Assembly: GCA_963815195.1 (NCBI GenBank)
Contig: CAWFGE010000022.1
Coordinates: forward strand, 320,001-384,000
Source: an uncultured Planctomycetaceae bacterium
GTDB taxonomy: Bacteria; Planctomycetota; Planctomycetia; Planctomycetales; Planctomycetaceae
Direction: 5' to 3'
DNA length: 64,000 nucleotides
Shown here piece after piece: positions 61,312 to 64,000 of this stretch (position 1 is the stretch's first letter; each line of letters begins with the position of its first letter). The notes under the pieces are model-generated. The model was not told where the DNA came from. It was given only the letters and a program-made list of their open reading frames with translations, and made no database searches. Position numbers and translations under genes: made by a program.

Positions 61312-62742
61312 CTAGCGGTAATCCTTCCCGGCGGCCGAGCGCTCGCAGGACGTTTGCCAGGCTTTCAGCGTTTGCTGCATTGGCCGGGCGATGTCGGGAT
61401 GGGCGTCCGCGATGTCGTGCTCTTCGCTGGGATCGGCGAGAAGATCGTAAAGCTCCGTCTTCGCATTTTTGCCTTGGCCCACGATCACGAGTTTGTAGCG
61501 GTTGTCCGAAAGCGTGGCCATGTTCCCGGACTGAAAGCCGATCGGCCGCGGGCGGGTTTCGGCTCGGCCTTCGATCACAGGCAACAGATTCACACCGTCG
61601 ATCGGTTCGGGATGCGAAATCATTTCGAGGCCCGTGATGGAGAAGATCGTCGGCAGATAATCGCTCGTCACGCAGGGCACGGCGGTCTCGCGGGCTTTGC
61701 GGATTTTCGCCGGCCATTCCAAGAGCCCCGGCACCCGCACGCCGCCTTCATACAGCGACCGCTTCCGCCCGCGGAACGGCCCCGGACTCCCCGGCGTGCC
61801 GCGCTCCGGGCCGTTGTCACTCGAGAACCAAAGCATCGTGCTCTCGGCAATGTTCCAATCCCGCAGCGACTTCCGCAGCCGGCCGACTTGCTCGTCCATC
61901 GCGGAGATCGCGCCGTAATAGAGTTGCTCTTTGAGCGGCTGATCTTTGTAAAGATCCCGATACGCCTTCCCCGCCACCACCGGCAGATGCGGCGTGTGAA
62001 ACCAGACCACCGCCAAGAACGGCTGCCGATTCTTGACGGCTCGTTCCATAAACGGCAGCGCGCGATCGAGAACGATCCGCGAATCGTCGCCGGCGACGTT
62101 TTCGGTGACGGCATGCTCTTCGCCGTCCCAATAATGGGTGCCGTAGTGCGCACCGTCTTCGGGCTTTTCGACCGGAATCCAACCATAACGCCGGCTCTGC
62201 CCCGGGCCGAATTTCTTCGGCACCACCAGCGGATCCCACGTCGGCACTTTGGACTCGGTCGAGAAATACGCGTCGAACCCGTTCATCGCGGGCGTGGCAT
62301 AGTGCTCGGTCTTTCCGGGCCGGCCGCGGTTGGCGTCTTGGATCTTGGTCGTCAGCGTGCCCAGGTGCCATTTTCCAAAATGCCCGGTCGCGTAGCCTTT
62401 GGTTTTGAGAGCCTCCGCGAGCGTGAGTTCTTGAGGCTTCATATGCCCGGCGTTGGCGGTGGGAATCTCATAACGATACGGATGCCGGCCCGTGAGCACG
62501 CTGCCCCGCGTCGGCGAGCAGACAGGAGCCTGCGAATACCACCTGTTGAACTTCAGGCTGTTCGCGGCCATCGCGTCCAAGTTCGGCGTCCGCGCAATCT
62601 TCGATCCATTAAACCCCACATCGCCCCACCCCAGGTCATCGCACATCACCAACACCACATTCGGCAGCGCCTCCGCCGCGATGGTGGATGAAGCCGAGAC
62701 AAAAAGCAGCAAACAAGCCAAGAAGTAAGACGTTCGGGTCAT
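61312..62742 (-). CDS. Formylglycine-dependent sulfatase
   Basis: DDLGWGD, CSPTR, GKWHLG, SDNG, YEGGVRVP; signal peptide. Confidence 0.95.
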   Translation of the reverse strand: MTRTSYFLACLLLFVSASSTIAAEALPNVVLVMCDDLGWGDVGFNGSKIARTPNLDAMAANSLKFNRWYSQAPVCSPTRGSVLTGRHPYRYEIPTANAGHMKPQELTLAEALKTKGYATGHFGKWHLGTLTTKIQDANRGRPGKTEHYATPAMNGFDAYFSTESKVPTWDPLVVPKKFGPGQSRRYGWIPVEKPEDGAHYGTHYWDGEEHAVTENVAGDDSRIVLDRALPFMERAVKNRQPFLAVVWFHTPHLPVVAGKAYRDLYKDQPLKEQLYYGAISAMDEQVGRLRKSLRDWNIAESTMLWFSSDNGPERGTPGSPGPFRGRKRSLYEGGVRVPGLLEWPAKIRKARETAVPCVTSDYLPTIFSITGLEMISHPEPIDGVNLLPVIEGRAETRPRPIGFQSGNMATLSDNRYKLVIVGQGKNAKTELYDLLADPSEEHDIADAHPDIARPMQQTLKAWQTSCERSAAGKDYR

Positions 62743-62784
62743 CGAAAAAATCCTTTTGGTCATTGGGGCTTGGTCATTGGGCAT

Positions 62785-64000
62785 TTATTTCGTGGGGTTT
62801 TCGTACCAGATCACGCCCAGATTGTCGCGTTCTTCACAAGTGAGCGCATCCGAGATCCCCGTCGCCGTCGAGGTCGATCAGTTCCACGAGATCGAACTTC
62901 ACGCCTTCCTTTTTGCCGCTGATTTCATGGGCGGTCCAAGAAGTTTTGGCAAAGGAATCGGCTTTGTTCCGCGAGAGCCAGAACACGCCGGTCTTCTTGG
63001 CGGAGTTTTCGCAGGTGACGACCAGATCGTTCCGCCCATCGCCGTCCACGTCCGCGATGGCGACACCTTTGCCGGTGCCGGTTTCGCTGGGCATGGGAAC
63101 TTCGAGCGTCTCCCAGGCCGCGGGTTTTACCGATGTTCGGCGGAAGACCAGCACCCCGCCGCCCCGCACGGCCGCCGCGAGGTCTTCGATGCCATCTTGA
63201 TCCACATCGCCCGCCGCGAGGAACATCACCTCTTGATTCAAGCCGCCGATGTGGTGCACTTTCCAGGCCTGTTTCTGCTTGGGGCCGGGGCCGGGGTTTT
63301 CCAGCCAATGGCAGCCGCGGTTCGGGCCTTTGCGGTCGGTGATGATCAAATCCGAGTCGCCGTCCACGTCCAGGTCTTTTGCCAAAAGCGTCATAATCCA
63401 ACCGGCTTTATAGATCGGATGCCAGCGCCAATGATGCAAGTCGCGCGGGTTCGCCGCCGACTCGAACCAGCCGACCTCCGCATTGCCGCCTTTGGAACCC
63501 GCGATCAAGTCCGGCCCGTTTTGCCCGTCCATTTGCAAAGGCAGACAGAACATCCAGCTTTGCTGCTTTTCGGAGACGGGGATCGCTTCGGTCTGCCAGG
63601 CCGCGGGGTTCTGGTATTGGTCTCTCTTGGGCGGTGCCCAGTGGATGAACACGGTTCGCTCCCGGCCTTCGCAGACTGCTGACGACGTCCACCGAGCCGT
63701 CGCCGTCCACATCCGCGAACACGGCGTCCTCCGGCGAATGCACCTGCCCCACGGTGACGGCCGGCCATTGTTCTTTGGCTTGCTTCGGCCCGGGATGGAG
63801 ATAAACCCGAATCCGCCCGCCTTCTTCCCAACCCGTGGTGATGTCGAGAAGCCTGTCGCCGTTCACATCCTGAAGCCGGACCCCATCCGCCCCGCGCGAA
63901 GAGCGGTCAATCGCATGCCGCGGCCAATCCGCCCCGCGATCCTGGGCCTTTAAAACGGAATACGAACCCAACCAAACCAGCAGAACCAGAATGCGAAACA
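62785..64000 (-). CDS. FG-GAP/VCBS repeat protein; two apparent frameshifts (~63674, ~62851); start at window edge
   Basis: Repeated DVNGD/DVDGDG motifs; tail LTCEERDNLGVIWYENPTK*. Confidence 0.82.

Overview
GC-rich bacterial chromosomal segment, almost certainly Planctomycetota (DUF1559 prepilin-like, DUF1501, DUF1549/1553, DUF1552/1592 and planctomycete cytochrome-c proteins, sulfatase). It holds the start of a Pil-Chp-like chemosensory operon, housekeeping genes (ilvN, ilvC, fbaA, rpsO, pnp, hisN, aas-like, LptF/G), a kinase/sigma54-activator pair, transporters, a SWIM-ligase-WGR gene divergent from an SPKK-repeat histone-H1-like gene, and tRNA-Glu(CTC). Intergenic DNA is crowded with several REP/REPIN-like families and a 132-bp TIR-bounded MITE (3 copies). 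About ten frameshifts in eight genes, including pnp and LptF/G, look like assembly errors. I found no CRISPR, prophage, transposase, integrase or defence island and cannot point to a proven new system. Best leads: an unannotated 51-aa protein behind an M16 peptidase, a terminator/antiterminator leader before the DUF1592 operon, a REPIN nested in a MITE, a structured ~270-nt insert in a REP, and the ligase/H1-like locus. All family calls come from motif recognition by eye, without database searches.
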